Source: Mobula hypostoma (Eukaryota). Taken from it: a DNA stretch of 64,000 bases. The translations under genes were made by a program, and so were the position numbers. Positions 50,105 to 63,080 of this stretch are shown piece after piece. Positions within the stretch are counted from its first letter, which is position 1, and each line of letters starts with the position of its first letter. The DNA lies in contig NC_086108.1 of assembly GCF_963921235.1 (NCBI RefSeq), forward strand, positions 4,030,001-4,094,000. Direction: 5' to 3'. The notes below the pieces were generated by a model. It saw nothing but the letters and a program-made list of their open reading frames with translations, did no database searches and was not told the origin of the DNA.

Positions 50105-51230
50105 TGACACCTTGCTCTTTGCCTTGAACCTGTTAAGGTTACACTGAAGACCAGCATCCTTGACACTTGTAAAAACATCATTGTATACAAGACCAGGAAA
50201 AACGAAGAATGGTTTGATGAAAATGACAATGAAATGGAAGAGCTAATCAACAACAAAAGGAAAGTTTTCCGTGCCTGGCAGAAGGACATCAACTGCAAGG
50301 CTAAAAGAGAAGCCCACTTCAATGCTAAGGTCATAGTCCAGTGTAGTGTAAAGAATCGGTGGTGGACTGAGAGGGCCCCAGAAACACAGCAGCCTGCTGA
50401 CTCTGGTAATAGCAGGGGTTTCTTTATTGCCTCCAAGGCAGTGTATGGCCCGAATCATTCATGGCCAAAACCCTCATCACTCCAAAGATGGACAAAGGCT
50501 GCTAAAGGACAATGATGCCATCGATTCTCGATGGAAGGAACACTTTCAGGAGCCACGTAATCATTGGATTCATCAACCTGCTTTCACAACGATCCAGGAA
50601 GAAGGACATGAGTAAGCCTCCTAGTATCAAAGAGGTGCAGATGGCTTGCAGGAAACTGAGGGACAACAAGGCCAGTGGGCCTGATGGAATTCCAGCAGAA
50701 ATCCTCACGGGAGCTGGCACGGAACTTTTAACTCATTCATGACCTGCTTGTCAAGATCTGGGACCAGGAGAGCTCAGGGATGCCCTGGTTGCCACACCCT
50801 TCAGAAAGGGTGACAAAGCTGACTGCGGAAATTATAGAGGCATCTCCCTCCTCTCTACAATAGGAAGTATACTCGGCTGAATTTTATGTGACCAGCTTTC
50901 ACCTCTGGCAGAAGATCTCCTGCCTGAGTCTCAGTGTGGCTTCCGTCCAGCCAGAAGAACATCGGACATGACTTTTACAGTATGTCAATTGCAGGAGGAA
51001 GCCCAGGGACAACATTTCCCACGTTATATGACTTCCATAGATCTTACAAAAGCATTTGACTCTGTAAATCATCCTTCCCTTTGGCAGGGACTGTCCAAAA
51101 TCAGGTATCTGGAGGAATACCTCAAGATTCTGCAGCTCTTAGACAATGATAAGAGTGTTGCAATGATAAGAGTCATCAGCAACAGTGGCTTTGAAACAGC
51201 ACCTTTTAAGGTTGAGACCAGGGGCAAATG
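50105..51230 (+). mobile_element. RTE (BovB-like) LINE internal fragment, degenerate
   Basis: WFDEND, KASGPDGIPAEIL, KGDKADCGNYRGISLLS, ESQCGFRP, IDLTKAFDSV. Confidence 0.85.
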
Positions 51231-51589
51231 GGTGCGTCTGTTTGCCATTTTCACCTTACAGGCCAAGACCGCTCACAAGAAGTCCAGATTCTCTATAGGA
51301 CAGATGGGACCCTACCAAAAGCCAATACACAAGGCTCTGACTCCAGCCGACATAGCTCTCCGGGTCATTAAGGCATGCAAACCTTCGAACTCTCTGACAG
51401 GTTGTGGTCTTCCTGGAGTCACACAGAGCTGACTACATGATTAAGTAAAGTTGATCCATACCCAAGTCCCGGCTGGGAAATTTTTCACTCATCCTTTATT
51501 TTCATTTATGACGGGAACACCAGGAAACATAAACACAGCACTACGGTCTGATATGGGGAACTTTCAAGTGAGACGTGAGAGTTATAAAG

Positions 51590-54366
51590 TTCCGTGAAGG
51601 ATTTTGATATTTGAGAGAGACGCTTCCCAGAATAAGTGATGCCAAGATTAAGGAGGCATTTTTGTTGGTCCACAAATCAAACAGGTCATCAATGACAGGC
51701 AATTCGAAGAACTTCTAGTGGAACCAGAGAAAATCACTTGGAAGGCATTCAAAGGTGTTGAAAATTTTATTGGCAACTACAGAGCACCAAACTATGTGCA
51801 GCTGGTTGACAACATGCTTCAAGCATGCAAAACCACGAAGTGCAACATGTCACTAAAGATTCACTTCCTGCATTCCCATTTACTGTTAGTGACGAGCATG
51901 GTGAAAGGTTTCACCAGGACATTGCGGTCATGGAGAAATGGTATCAGGGCAACCAGAATCCATCAATGCTGGCTGATTATTGTTGGACACTTAAGCAAGA
52001 AGCCTCAGACACTGAGTACAAATGAAAATCATCAACAAAACATTTTTAGCTTAGTTGAGCTATTGTAAAGCATTAGCACCATTATGCAATTAAACATATT
52101 CAGTAAAAGTCAGGGAAACGTTTAATTGGAGTAAAGGGAAATAGGCTATCAGGCAGGAACTTGGAAGCATAAATTGGAAACAGATGTTCTCAGGGAAACG
52201 TACAGAAGAAATGTGGCAAATGTTCAGGGGATATTTGCGTGAGGTTCTGAGTAGGTACGTTCCAATGAGACATGGAAAGGAAGGTAGGGGACAAGATCCG
52301 TGGTGCACAAAGGCTGTTGTAAATCTAGTCAAGAAAACAAGAGCTTACAAAAGGTTCAAACAATTAGGTAATGATAAGAATCTAGAAGATTATAAGGCTA
52401 GTAGGAAGGAGCTTAAGAAGGAAATTAGGAGAGCCAGAAGGGGCCATGAGAAGGCCTTGGCGGACAGGATTAAGGAAAACCCTAAGGCATTCTACAAGTA
52501 TGTGAAGAGCAAGAAGATAAGATGTGAGAGAATAGAACCAATCAAGTGTGACAGTGGAAAAGTGTGTATGGAACTGGAGGAGATAGCAGAGGTACTTAAT
52601 GAATACTTTGCTTCAGTATCACGACGGAAAAGGATCTTGGCGATTGTAGGGATGACTTGCAGTGGACTGAAAAGCTTGAGCATGTAGATATTAAGAAAGA
52701 GGATGTGCTGGAGCTTTTGGAAAGCATCAAGTGGGATACTGGGATCGGATGGGATGTACCGCAGGCTACTGTGGGAAGCGAGGGAGGAGATTGCTGAGCC
52801 TCTGGTGATGATCTTTGCATCATCATTGAGGACGGGAGAGGTTCCAGAGGATTGGAGGGTTGCAGATGTTGTTCCCTTATACAAGAAAGGGAGTAGGGAT
52901 AGCCCAGGAAATTATAGGCCAGTGAGACTTACTTCAGTGGTTGGTGAGTTGATGGAGAAGATCCTGAAAGGCAGGATTTATGAACATTTGGAGAGGCACA
53001 ATATGATTAGGAATAGTCAGCATGACTTTGTCAAAGGCAGGTCGTGCCTTACGAGCCTGATTGAGTTTTTTGAGAATGTGACTAAACACATTGATGAAGG
53101 TAGAGCCATAGATGTAGTGTATATGGATTTCAGCACGGCATTTGATAAGGTACCCCATGCAAGGCTTATTGAGAAAGTAAGGAGGCATGGGATCCAAGGG
53201 CACATTGCTCTGTGGATCCAGAACTGGCTTGCCCACAGAAGGCAAAGAGTGGTTGTAGACGGGTTATATTCTGCATGGAGGTTGGCGACCAGTGGTGTGC
53301 CTCAGGGATCTGTTCTAGGACCCCTTCTCCCGTGAATTTTATAAATGACCTGGATGAAGAAGTGGAGGGATAGGTTAGTAAATTTGCTGATGACACAAAG
53401 GTTGGGTGTGTTGTGGATAGTGTGGAGGACTGTCAGAGGTTACAATGGGACGTTGATAGGATGCAAAACTGGGCTGAGAAGTGGCAGATGGAGTTCAACC
53501 CAGATAAGTGTGGGAGGGTTCATTTTGGTAGGTCAAATATGATGGCAGAATATAGTGTTAATGGTAAGACTCTTGGCAGTGTGGAGGATCAGAAGGATCT
53601 TGGGGTCTGAGTCCATCGGACACTCAAAGCTGCTACGCAGGTTGATTCCATGGTTAAGAAGGCATACATCAATCGTGGGATTGAGTTTAAGAGCCGAGAG
53701 TAATGTTGCAGCTATATAGGACCCTAGTCAGACCCCACTTGGAGTACCATGCTCAATTCTGGTCGCCTCGCTACAGGAAGGACGTGGAAACCATAGAAAG
53801 GGTGCAGAGGAGATTTGCAAGGATTTTGCCTGGATCGGGGAGCAACTCGGCCTTTTCTCTTTGGAGCGACAGAGGATGGGAGGTGACCTGATAAAGGTGT
53901 ACAAGATAATGAGAGGCATTGATCCAGGTCTGAAATAGTTAGCACAAGAGGGCATAGTTTTAAGGTGCTTGGAAGTAGGTATAGAGGAGATAATCAGAGG
54001 TAAGATTTTTACGCAGAGTGGTGAGTGCGTGGAATGGGCTGCCGGCGGCAGTGGTGGAGGCAGAAACAACAGGATCTTTTAAGAGACTCCTGGATGGATG
54101 CATGGAGCTTAGAAAAACAGAGGGCTATGGGTAAAGCCTAGGTAGTTCTAAGGTAGGAACATGTTCAGCACAGCTTTGTGGGCCAAAGGGCCTGTATTGT
54201 GCTATAGGTTTTCTATGTTTCTATGTTAATTTCTTGTTTCCCCAAATTCCTACGTGATACAAATAGTCTGAAGTTATATTTGTGTTCAGCCTTGAGTGAT
54301 CTATCAAAATCACAGAAAAATTCTCCAGAAGCAACAATTTTGGAAAATTTAAAATTTCCGTCCAGT
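51590..54366 (+). mobile_element. Chapaev3-type transposon fragment split by a CR1 insertion
   Basis: Transposase C-terminus at 51620-52025; its 3' non-coding part resumes at ~54225 and ends in GTCCAGTG at 54366. Confidence 0.8.
52111..54224 (+). mobile_element. CR1 LINE (family C), 5'-truncated, degenerate
   Basis: IKENPKAFYKYVK, GNYRPV, YMDFSTAFDKVPH, GVPQGSVLGP, FADDTK; TTTCTATG tail. Confidence 0.9.
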
Positions 54367-54967
54367 GCAGACAATATATACTGACATAGTTAGATTTGGA
54401 GATAGTCGATACTGGACTGCAGAGGAACAAACGATATGTTTTAGGAACTTAGTGGGTTCAGAACCATCACAAAGTTCATCAAAATAAATTTATTATCAAA
54501 GTATAGTACTGTGAAAAAGGTTTAGGCACAAACTGTGTGTATGTAGCTAGGGTGCACAGTATTGTAGTAACTTTATGTATTGCACTGTACTGCTGCCACA
54601 AAAAAGAACAAATTTCATGACGTACGTGAGTGATGATAAACCTGATTCTGATATGGGTCTTTTTTGTGGACTGAGAGTGGGAAGGGGACAGGGCGAGGGG
54701 AATCATGGTTGGGAAAAGGGGAAGAGAGAGAGGAGGGAGTGGGAAGCACCAGAGAGACATTCTGAAATGATCAATAGTTTGGAATCAAATGACCTTGCCT
54801 GGTGTCTCAGGGCTGAGTGTGTTTGCACCCGTGCCAACCCCCATCCCTAACACACCTTCTCTGCCACTTGTCCCACGTTCCTCCCACGGTACTCCACCTT
54901 CACCATTCCAAAATCCTTTGCTCCCGACAGATTTACAGACTTACTCTCCGCTCCATGTTGACAAATA

Positions 54968-55031
54968 CAGTACTGTGTAAAAGTCTTATGCACCCCAGCT
55001 ATCTATCTATCTATATATACATATATAAAAA

Positions 55032-55073
<42 letters not shown>

Positions 55074-55111
55074 ATATGTGTGTGTATGCCTGAGACTTTT
55101 GTGTAATACTG
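54968..55111. mobile_element. Tc1/mariner-like MITE enclosing a (TA)/(TG)n microsatellite
   Basis: TA|CAGTACTGTGTAAAAGTCTT ... GAGACTTTTGTGTAATACTG inverted ends. Confidence 0.55.
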
Positions 55112-55139
55112 TGCTTATGTGCAATTTGAGAGGGGGAAG

Positions 55140-57235
55140 CACAAGTCAGATGTATCAGTATCACAATGGAATAAAGGGAATTACAGAGGCATGAGAGAGG
55201 AGCTTGCCTAGATGAATTGGAGGAGGATACTAGTGGAGATGTTGGCAGAGCAGAGGTGGCTGAAGTTTCTGGGAATAGTTCACCAGGCGCAGGTTAGATA
55301 TGTCCCACAGGAGAAGAAGTTCTCAAATGGCAGGGATAGACAACCATGACTGACAAGGGAAGATAAGGACTGCATAAAAGCCAAGGAAAGGGCATATAAG
55401 GTAGTAAAAGCGAGTGGAAAGTTGGATAATTGGGAAACTTTTAGAATCCAACAAAAGGCAACTAAAAATGCTATAAGAAGAGAAAAGACGACGGCAAACT
55501 AGTCAATAATATAAGGCAGGATACTAAAAGTTTTTTCAGTTATATAAAGAGTAATAAGGAGATGAGAGTTGATATTGGACCACTGAAAAATGATGCTGGT
55601 GAGGTAGTAATGGGGGTCAAAGAAATGGCAGATGAACTTAATGGGGACTTTGCATCAGCCTTCACTGTGGAAGACACTAGCAGTGTGCCAGAGGTCTGTG
55701 AGTGTCAGGGAGCAGGAGTGAGCGTCATTGCTATTACAAAGGAAAAAGAGCTTAGCAAACTCAAAGGTCTTAAGGTAGATAAGTCACCAGGGCCAGATGG
55801 ACTACATCCCAGAGTCCTGAGAGAGTTTGCTGAAGAGATAACGGATGCATTGTGTATGATCTTTCAAGAATCATTTGATTCTGGCATGGTCCCAGAGGAC
55901 TAGAAGATTGCAAATGTTACTCCACTCTTTAAGAAGTGAGGAAGGCAAAATAAAGGAAATTATAGGCCAATTATCCTAACCTCAGCGGTTGAGAAAGTGT
56001 TGGAGTCTATTATTAAGGATGAGGTTTTGGGGTATTTGGAGATTAATGATAAAATAAGTCAAAGTCAGTATGGTTTCTGTAAAGGGAAATCTTGCCTGAC
56101 AAATCTGTTAGAGTTTTTCAAGGAAGTAACAAGCAGGGTGGACAAAGGAGAGGCAGTGGTTGTCATTTGCTTGGATTTTCAGAAGGCATTTGATAAGGTG
56201 CCACACATGAGGCATTACAGGAAAGATACTGGCATGGATAGAGGAATGGCTGACAGGCAGGAGGCAGTGAGTGGGAATAAAAGGGGCCCTTTTCTGGTTG
56301 GATGTCAGTGACTAGTGGTGTTCCTCAGGGGTCAGTATTGTGGACTGCTACTTTTCATATTGTTTGTTAGTGATTTTGATAATTGATGGTTTTGTGGCAA
56401 AGTTTACAGATGATACGAAAATAGGAGGAGGGGTAGGTAGTGCTGAGGAAGCAATGTGATTGCAGCAGGACTTAGACAAATTGGAAGAATGGGCAAAAAA
56501 TTGGCAGACGGAATACAGTGTTGGGAAATGTATGACATTGCATTTTGGTAAAAGGAACAATGGTGCAGACTGTTATCGAAATGGGGAGAAAATTCAAATA
56601 TCAGAGGTGCAGAGGGACTTGGGAGTCCTTGTGCAAGACTCCCGGAAGGTTAATTTACAGGTAAGTCTGTGGTAAAGAACGCAAATGCAATGCTAGTGTT
56701 TATTTCAAGGGGAGTAGAATATAAAAACAAGGAGATAATGCTGAGGCTTTATAAGACACTAGTCAAATCGCACTTGGAGTATTGTCAACAGTTTAAGATC
56801 CCATATCTCAGAAAGGATGTGTTGTCATTGGATAGTCCAGGGGAGATTCATGAGGATGATTCCGGGAATGAAAGGATTAACGTATGAGGAGAGTTTGGCA
56901 GCTTTGGGTCTCTACTCACTGGAATTTAGAAGGATGTGAGAGGATCTCATTGAATGTTGAAAAGATTAGATAAGGTGGATGTGGAGAGGATTTTTTTTTA
57001 GCCTGGAGTAGTGAATCTATGGAATACACTGCCACAGACTGCCGGGGAGGCCCAGACCATGGATATGTTTAAAGCAGAAGTTGATAGTGTCTTGATCGGT
57101 CAGGGCATCAAAGGATATGGCGAGAAGGCAGGTGTACGGGGTTGAGTGGGATCCGGGATCAGTCATGATGGAATGGCAGAACAGACTCGATGGGCTGAAT
57201 GGACTAATTCTACTCCTATGTCTTATGGTTTTCTG
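55140..57235 (+). mobile_element. CR1 LINE ORF2 fragment plus 3' UTR, degenerate
   Basis: IGPLKND, KSPGPDGLHPRVL, LDFQKAFDKVPH, FTDDTK; TCTTATGG tail. Confidence 0.88.
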
Positions 57236-57339
57236 TCATCATATGCTATCTTGCAAAAAAAAATCCAACATCAAAGATTACCAACATCCAGGCCTTGCTC
57301 TCTTCTCACTGCTACCATTGCGGAGGAGGTACAGGGGCC

Positions 57340-57715
57340 TGAGGCCCCACACCACCAGGTTCAGGAACAGTTATTACCCCACAACCATCAGGCTCCTGAA
57401 CCAGTGTGGATGACTTCACCCACCACAATGAGCCTCAGGTCCCACACCACCAGGTTCAGGAACAGTTATTACCCCACAACCATCAGGCTCCTGAACCAGT
57501 GTGGATAACTTCACTCACCACAATGAGCCTCAGGTCCCAGACCACCAGGTTCAGGAACAGTTATTACCCCACAACCATCAGGCTCCTGAACCAGTGTGGA
57601 TAACTTCACTCACCACAATGAGCCTCAGGTCCCACACCAGCAGGTTCAGGAACAGTTATTACCCCACAACCATCAGGCTCCTGAACCGGTGTGGATAACT
57701 TCACTCACCACAACT
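57340..57715 (+). repeat. 95-bp tandem array (4 units) of a Rex1-like LINE 3' end
   Basis: Unit AGGTCCCACACCACCAGGTTCAGGAACAGTTATTACCCCACAACCATCAGGCTCCTGAACCAGTGTGGATAACTTCACTCACCACAATGAGCCTC. Confidence 0.92.
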
Positions 57716-57779
57716 CTGAACTGATTCCACAGTGACAGACTCACTTTCAATGACTCTACAGCTCATGTTCGTGGTATTA

Positions 57780-58582
57780 CACTGGACAACAAAGATTTTG
57801 CTTCCTGAATACCTTTAGGTATATCTTATGAATTTTGGGCTACTGGTCATGAAGACACCATGAAATTTCCCTATCACGCACCATTTTTTAATAAACTTAT
57901 GTTTATTATTTCAATTCATAATTCAAGTCAATTAAAATGTTGCCTACAATGTAAGCTGGAAAGTTTCCTATCTTGGACACGCTTAGGTGGTGCGGCTGCT
58001 GCATGGTAGGACAGGTTTAGTAATAATTATTGGGTTCAGGACTGTAAGGATGGAATTTGCTATCACCAGGCACAAAAATTTCTGTGAAGGATTTTGGTAT
58101 TTGAGATGGATGCTTCCCAGAATAACTGATGCCAAGATTAAGGAAAGCATTTTTGTTGGTCCACAAATCAAACAGGTCATCAATGACAGTCAATTTGAAG
58201 AATTTCTAGTGGGACCGGAGAAAATCACATGGAAGGCATTCGAGGAAGTTGCTGAAATTTTTCTCGGCATCTACAGAGCACCAAACTACGTTCAGCTGGT
58301 TGAAAGCATGCTTCAAGCATACAAAACCATGAAGTGCAACATGTCACTAAAGATTCATTTTCTGCATTCCCATTTAGACTTCTTCCCTGCAAATCTTGGC
58401 ACTGTCGTGATGAGCATGGTGAAAGGTTTCACCAGGACATTGCGGTTAATTTGTTGTTTCTCCAAATTCCTACGTGATACAAGTAGCCTGAAATTATATT
58501 GATGTTTATCTTCAAGCAGTCTATCATAAACAAAAAAAAATTCTGAAGAAGCAAGACTTTTGAAAAAATTTGTTGTCCAGTG
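57780..58582 (+). mobile_element. Chapaev3-type (CMC) DNA transposon, internally deleted
   Basis: TIRs CACTGGACAACAAA / TTTGTTGTCCAGTG with TTA TSD (57777-57779, 58583-58585); transposase remnant PRITDAKIKESIFVGPQI...CNMSLKIHFLHSHLDFFPANLG. Confidence 0.9.
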
Positions 58583-59009
58583 TTATTGATTTATTGATGG
58601 ATTGATTGGATTTTCATGGTTTGTCATCTTTTGCACATTGGTTCTTTGTCCATCTTTGTGTGTAGTTTTTCATGGATTCTGTGGTATTTCCTTTGCTCTG
58701 TGAATGCCTACAAGAAAATTAACATTTATGTACTTTAATAATAAATTTATTTCAAATAAATTTTACATTGAGATTAATTTTCAAAGTCCAAAATTCAAAA
58801 TACATATATGTTAACTGAGATTCATTTTCTTGTGGGCATACTCAATAAATCCATTAGAAAAATAACCATAATAGAATCAGTGAAAGACCACACCAACTTG
58901 GGCAGAAGACAACAATTCGTGCAAATAAAATAAATAAATAAACAAACAAACAAACAAACATGAGTTGTAGAGTCCTTGAAAATGAATCCATAGTTTGTGG
59001 AATCAGTTC

Positions 59010-59390
59010 AGAGTTGTGGTGAGTGAAGTTATCCACACTGGTTCAGGAGTCTGATGGTTGTGGGGTATTAACTGTTCCTGAACCTGGTGGTGTGGGACCT
59101 GAGGCTCATTGTGGTGAGTGAAGTTATCCACACTGGTTCAGGAGCCTGATGGTTGTGGGGTAATAACTGTTCCTGAACCTGGTGGTGTGGGACCTGAGGC
59201 TCATTGTGGTGAGTGAAGTTATCCACACTGGTTCAGGAGCCTGATGGTTGTGGGGTAATAACTGTTCCTGAACCTGGTGGTGTGGGACCTGAGGCTCATT
59301 GTGGTGAGTGAAGTTATCCACACTGGTTCAGGAGCCTGATGGTTGTAGAGTAATAACTGGTCCTGAACCCGGTTGTGTGAGTCCTGAGGC
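59010..59390 (-). repeat. Inverted 95-bp tandem array (4 units), same unit as 57340-57715
   Basis: Reverse complement of the same unit, including the CAATGAGCCTC junction. Confidence 0.92.
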
Positions 59391-59569
59391 TTTTGTACTT
59401 TCTTCCTGAATCAGTGGAAAACTACACACAAAGATTCACAAGCTATCGAAGTGGGGGAAGGGAAAGATATTGCCAACATTTGAATTCAGACTATGACAAT
59501 TGCCTTCCCTCCCCCACATGCTGCTTGACCAGCTGAGTTCCTTCAGCACATTGTCCGTTGGCGTTGTCA

Positions 59570-59965
59570 GCAATCCCTTATATTCCATCTGGCTGGCCTC
59601 CAAGCAGATGTCATGAACATCGATTTCTTCAGCTTCCTCCTTCCCTTTCTTCTATGGTCTGCTCTCCTATCAGGTTTGTTCTTCTTCAGCTTTTTACCTA
59701 TTCCCACCTATCACCACCCAGCTTCTTACTTTATGTCCCCTTCCCCCACTCACCTGCCTTTACCAATCATCTTCTAGTTTGTTCTCCTTCCTTTCCCCAC
59801 ACCTTATTCTGGCTTCTTCCCCCTTCCTTCTCAGTCCTGAAGAAGGGTTTCAGCCTGGAATGTCGACTGTTTATTCATTTCCATAGATGCTGCCTGACCT
59901 GCTGAGTTTCTCCAGCATTTTCTGTCTGTTGCTCTGGATTTGAAGCATCTAGAGAACCATCTGTG
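59570..59965 (+). mobile_element. Penelope-like terminal repeat copy
   Basis: CAGTCCTGAAGAAGGGTTTCAGCCTGGAATGTCGACTG...GATGCTGCCTGACCTGCTGAG. Confidence 0.75.
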
Positions 59966-60084
59966 TTTATTGAGAGTTAGGTTTTGTTTTAAGGAGAGGG
60001 AAAGTGGAAGATTTTCTGGCCAACATCACCCTTCATAAACTGTAGGCTCAGGCAAGAGAACCACTGGCTGCCCACAACTGCACT

Positions 60085-60365
60085 ACTACAATGTCTGCAA
60101 GCGGGACGTGAAGCCTCTGGACATCAACATAAAGTCCTGCGAGGAACTTGCAGCCGTCCATACCAGATGGGGAAACACTCTGAGACTATATATTACGTTA
60201 GGCCTTTAATTCCTGAAATTGACAGATGGGCCCATAGGAGGGAACACTGCATCTCCAGCAGAGCCGAGACCACTTACAGATGTGATCTTTGCAGAAGAGA
60301 CTACCTCCCTCACTTTCGTCTTGTTAGCCACAGACGGCGCTGCACCGACAACGTAGATAGCTAGG
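60085..60365 (+). mobile_element. RTE-clade LINE 3' end remnant
   Basis: CKRDVKPLDINIKSCEELA...YRCDLCRRD...LVSHRRRC C-terminal zinc-finger-like motif. Confidence 0.65.
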
Positions 60366-60709
60366 ACGTAACATCCATGGCCGACCGCGACCAACACCTT
60401 ACAAAATGCTTCCAACCAATTAAAGTACTTTTGTGTAGATCTGTAAAGAGATATTAGCTTTATTTGTCACATGTACATTGAAACACACTGTGAAATGCGT
60501 GGTTTGCGTCAAGTCAGATGAGTGAGGGTGGTGCTGAAGGCGTCCCAGAATGAAGGAGAGACCCCAACCGCAGCAAGAGTCTACAGGCACCGGTGCAACA
60601 CCTTGTCCAGCTCATCGCTCTGCGTGATATTGGCAGGCGGATGATTGTTGGGAAGGTTAGGGGATCTGTATTCTCTTGAGGGTTTTGTGCAATGGCGAAT
60701 CCGCTGGGG

Positions 60710-61365
60710 CCGTCTATTGTATCGAGTGCCTCTACATCAGTGAGACCAATCGCAAATTGGGGGACTGCTTCGTGGAGCACCACTGCGCCATCCACCACAA
60801 GTGCGACTAGCCAAGTATTTTAATTCCCATTCCCATTCCTGTTCCCATTCCCTTTCTGACGTGTCAGTCCATGGCCTCTTGTGCCAGGATGAGGCCACCC
60901 TCAGGGTGGAGGAGCAACACCTTAAATTCTGTCTGGGTATGATCCAGTCTCATGGAATGAATATCAATTTCTTCTGGCGAACAAAACTCCACCCCCACCA
61001 CCATCCATTCCCCTCTCTGACCTTTTCCTTGTTCTCACCTGCCTGTCACCTCCCCCTGGGTCCCCTCCTCCTCCCTCCCCTTTATCCTGCGGTCCACTCT
61101 CCTCTCCTATCAGATTCCTTCCTCTCCAGCCCTTGACCTTTCTCACCCACCTGGCTTCACCCATCACCTTCCAGTTAGTCTCCTCCTCCTCCGTCCCACC
61201 TTTTTATTCTGGCATCTTCCCCCCACCCCTTCTCAGTTCTGATTAAAGGTCTTGGCCCAAACTGTCAACCGTGTATTCCTCTCTATAGATGCTGCCTGAC
61301 CTGCTGAGTTCCTCCAGCATTTTGTGTGTGTTGCTCTGGATTTCCAGTGTCCACAGAATCTCTCA
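60710..61365 (+). mobile_element. Penelope-like element 3' part (GIY-YIG remnant plus terminal repeat)
   Basis: YISETNRKLGDCFVEHH...LAKYFNSHSH...EATLRVEEQHL, followed by terminal repeat. Confidence 0.82.
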
Positions 61366-61444
61366 TATTTGTGTTTAGTATCCCTTTTTCCTATCATTAT
61401 CAAAATAAATCCTAAGAAGAAAAATTTACAAGAATAAATTGTGG

Positions 61445-61640
61445 GGCAGCACGGTAGCGTAGTGGTTAGCACAACGCTCTGCAGTACCAGTGACCCGGGT
61501 TCAATTCCCACCGCTGTCTGTAAGGAGTTTTGTTCTTCCCATGACTGTGTGGGTTTCCTCCCAGAGTTGGTAGGTTAATTGGTCATTGTAAATGGTCCCG
61601 TGATTGGGCTGGGGTTAAATCGGGGGATTGCTGGGTGGCG
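61445..61640 (+). mobile_element. tRNA-derived SINE (HE1/V-SINE-like) with Pol III boxes
   Basis: A box TAGCGTAGTGG 61455-61465, B box GGTTCAATTCC 61498-61508, V-domain-like GTGTGGGTTTCCTCC. Confidence 0.8.
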
Positions 61641-62464
61641 AGTATCTCAATACAAAAAACAGCATCCCACAATTATAAAGAATTATATAAAAAATACAGA
61701 ACTATGTAAGAAGAATTTCCCCTTCCACCCCTCTGCACCTCTTCACAGAACTCCCATTGAAAAGGGGAGGTAATCTTCTTCAAAGGGGACATCGCTTGAG
61801 CAGATACCTTGGGAAGGGTAGGTTAGTGGCTGGCATAACGTTACTAACTGGGTTTGATTCCAGCCGCTGTCAATGTAAAAGTGATCAGAAGGCATGGTAG
61901 CGTAGTGGTTGGTGCATCACAGGTCACGGTTCAATTCCCACTGCTGTCGGGAAGGACTTTATATGCTTTCTTCCCCGTGACCGCGTGGCTTTCCTCCCGC
62001 ATTCCAAAGACGTCCAGGTTAAGGTTAGTAAGTTCGGGGCATGCTATGAAGGTGCCAGAAGCATGGCACACTTGCGGGCTCCCCCCTCGCCCACCCATCC
62101 CTGGACTGCTGGCCATTGACGCAGACGACACCTTTCACCCTATGTTTTTATGTACGTGTGATAAATAAATGATTGGGAATTTGAATCTAAAGATTAGCTT
62201 TAATCAGAATCAGGTTTAATATCACCAGCATATGTTGTGAAATTTGTTGGTTTAGTGGCAGCAGTACAATGCAATACATAATAATAGAAAAAAGCATAAA
62301 TTATAGCAAGTATTTGTGTATAAGAGGTGAGGTAATGTTCATGGGTTCAATGTCCATTCAGAAATCCGATGGCAGTGGGGAAGATATTTGTCATATATTG
62401 AAACATGAAGAGAAACCTGTTGTTTGCATAAACATTCATTCTTCGGGGTTTTTTCATGTTTTGT

Positions 62465-62840
62465 GGATGTCTGTGAAGAGTAAGAATTTCAGGTTGTATA
62501 CAGTATACATTCTCTGATATTAAATTGTCAGTGAAGCATATGAATTTCAGGTTGTATACTGTACACAGTCTGATGTTAAATTGTCACTGAAGCGTATGCA
62601 TTTCAGGTTGTATACTGTATACATTCTCTGATATTAAACTGTCTGTGAAGAGTAAGAATTTCAGGCTGTATACATTCTCTAATATTAAATTGTGAAGAGT
62701 GAGAATTTCAGGCAGAATACTGTATACATTCTCCTATATTAAATTGTCTGTGAAGAGTAGGAGTTTCAGGTTGTATACGATATACATTCTCCTATATTAA
62801 ATTGTAAGGAGTAAGAAGCTCAGACTGTATACTGTATATT
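62465..62840. repeat. ~50-60 bp diverged tandem array (~7 units) from a retroelement tail
   Basis: Unit TGTCTGTGAAGAGTAAGAATTTCAGGTTGTATACTGTATACATTCTCTGATATTAAAT; a monomer occurs inverted at ~23858-23915. Confidence 0.85.
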
Positions 62841-63080
62841 GAACCTGGTCACCGGTACTGTTTAAAAAAAAATTTTGTTGCATGTCGAACCCAGACCAAC
62901 ATAAATTCTTAATAGGTGTTAATGTATATGGTAAATAAATTTGCTCCTTGATCCAGACGTTTAAAACATATTGCTTGCTCAAACAGGGATGGAGGGTGGT
63001 GGGGTTGGGAAGGGGCAGAAATGGAGAATATGTGGAGAACGAGCTGCAGTCTTCATCCCAAATTTTCTTCTCCAATTTAG

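Noticed and set aside
61445..61515. tRNA gene
   Set aside because: A/B boxes continue into SINE body; no proper acceptor stem or Pol III terminator.
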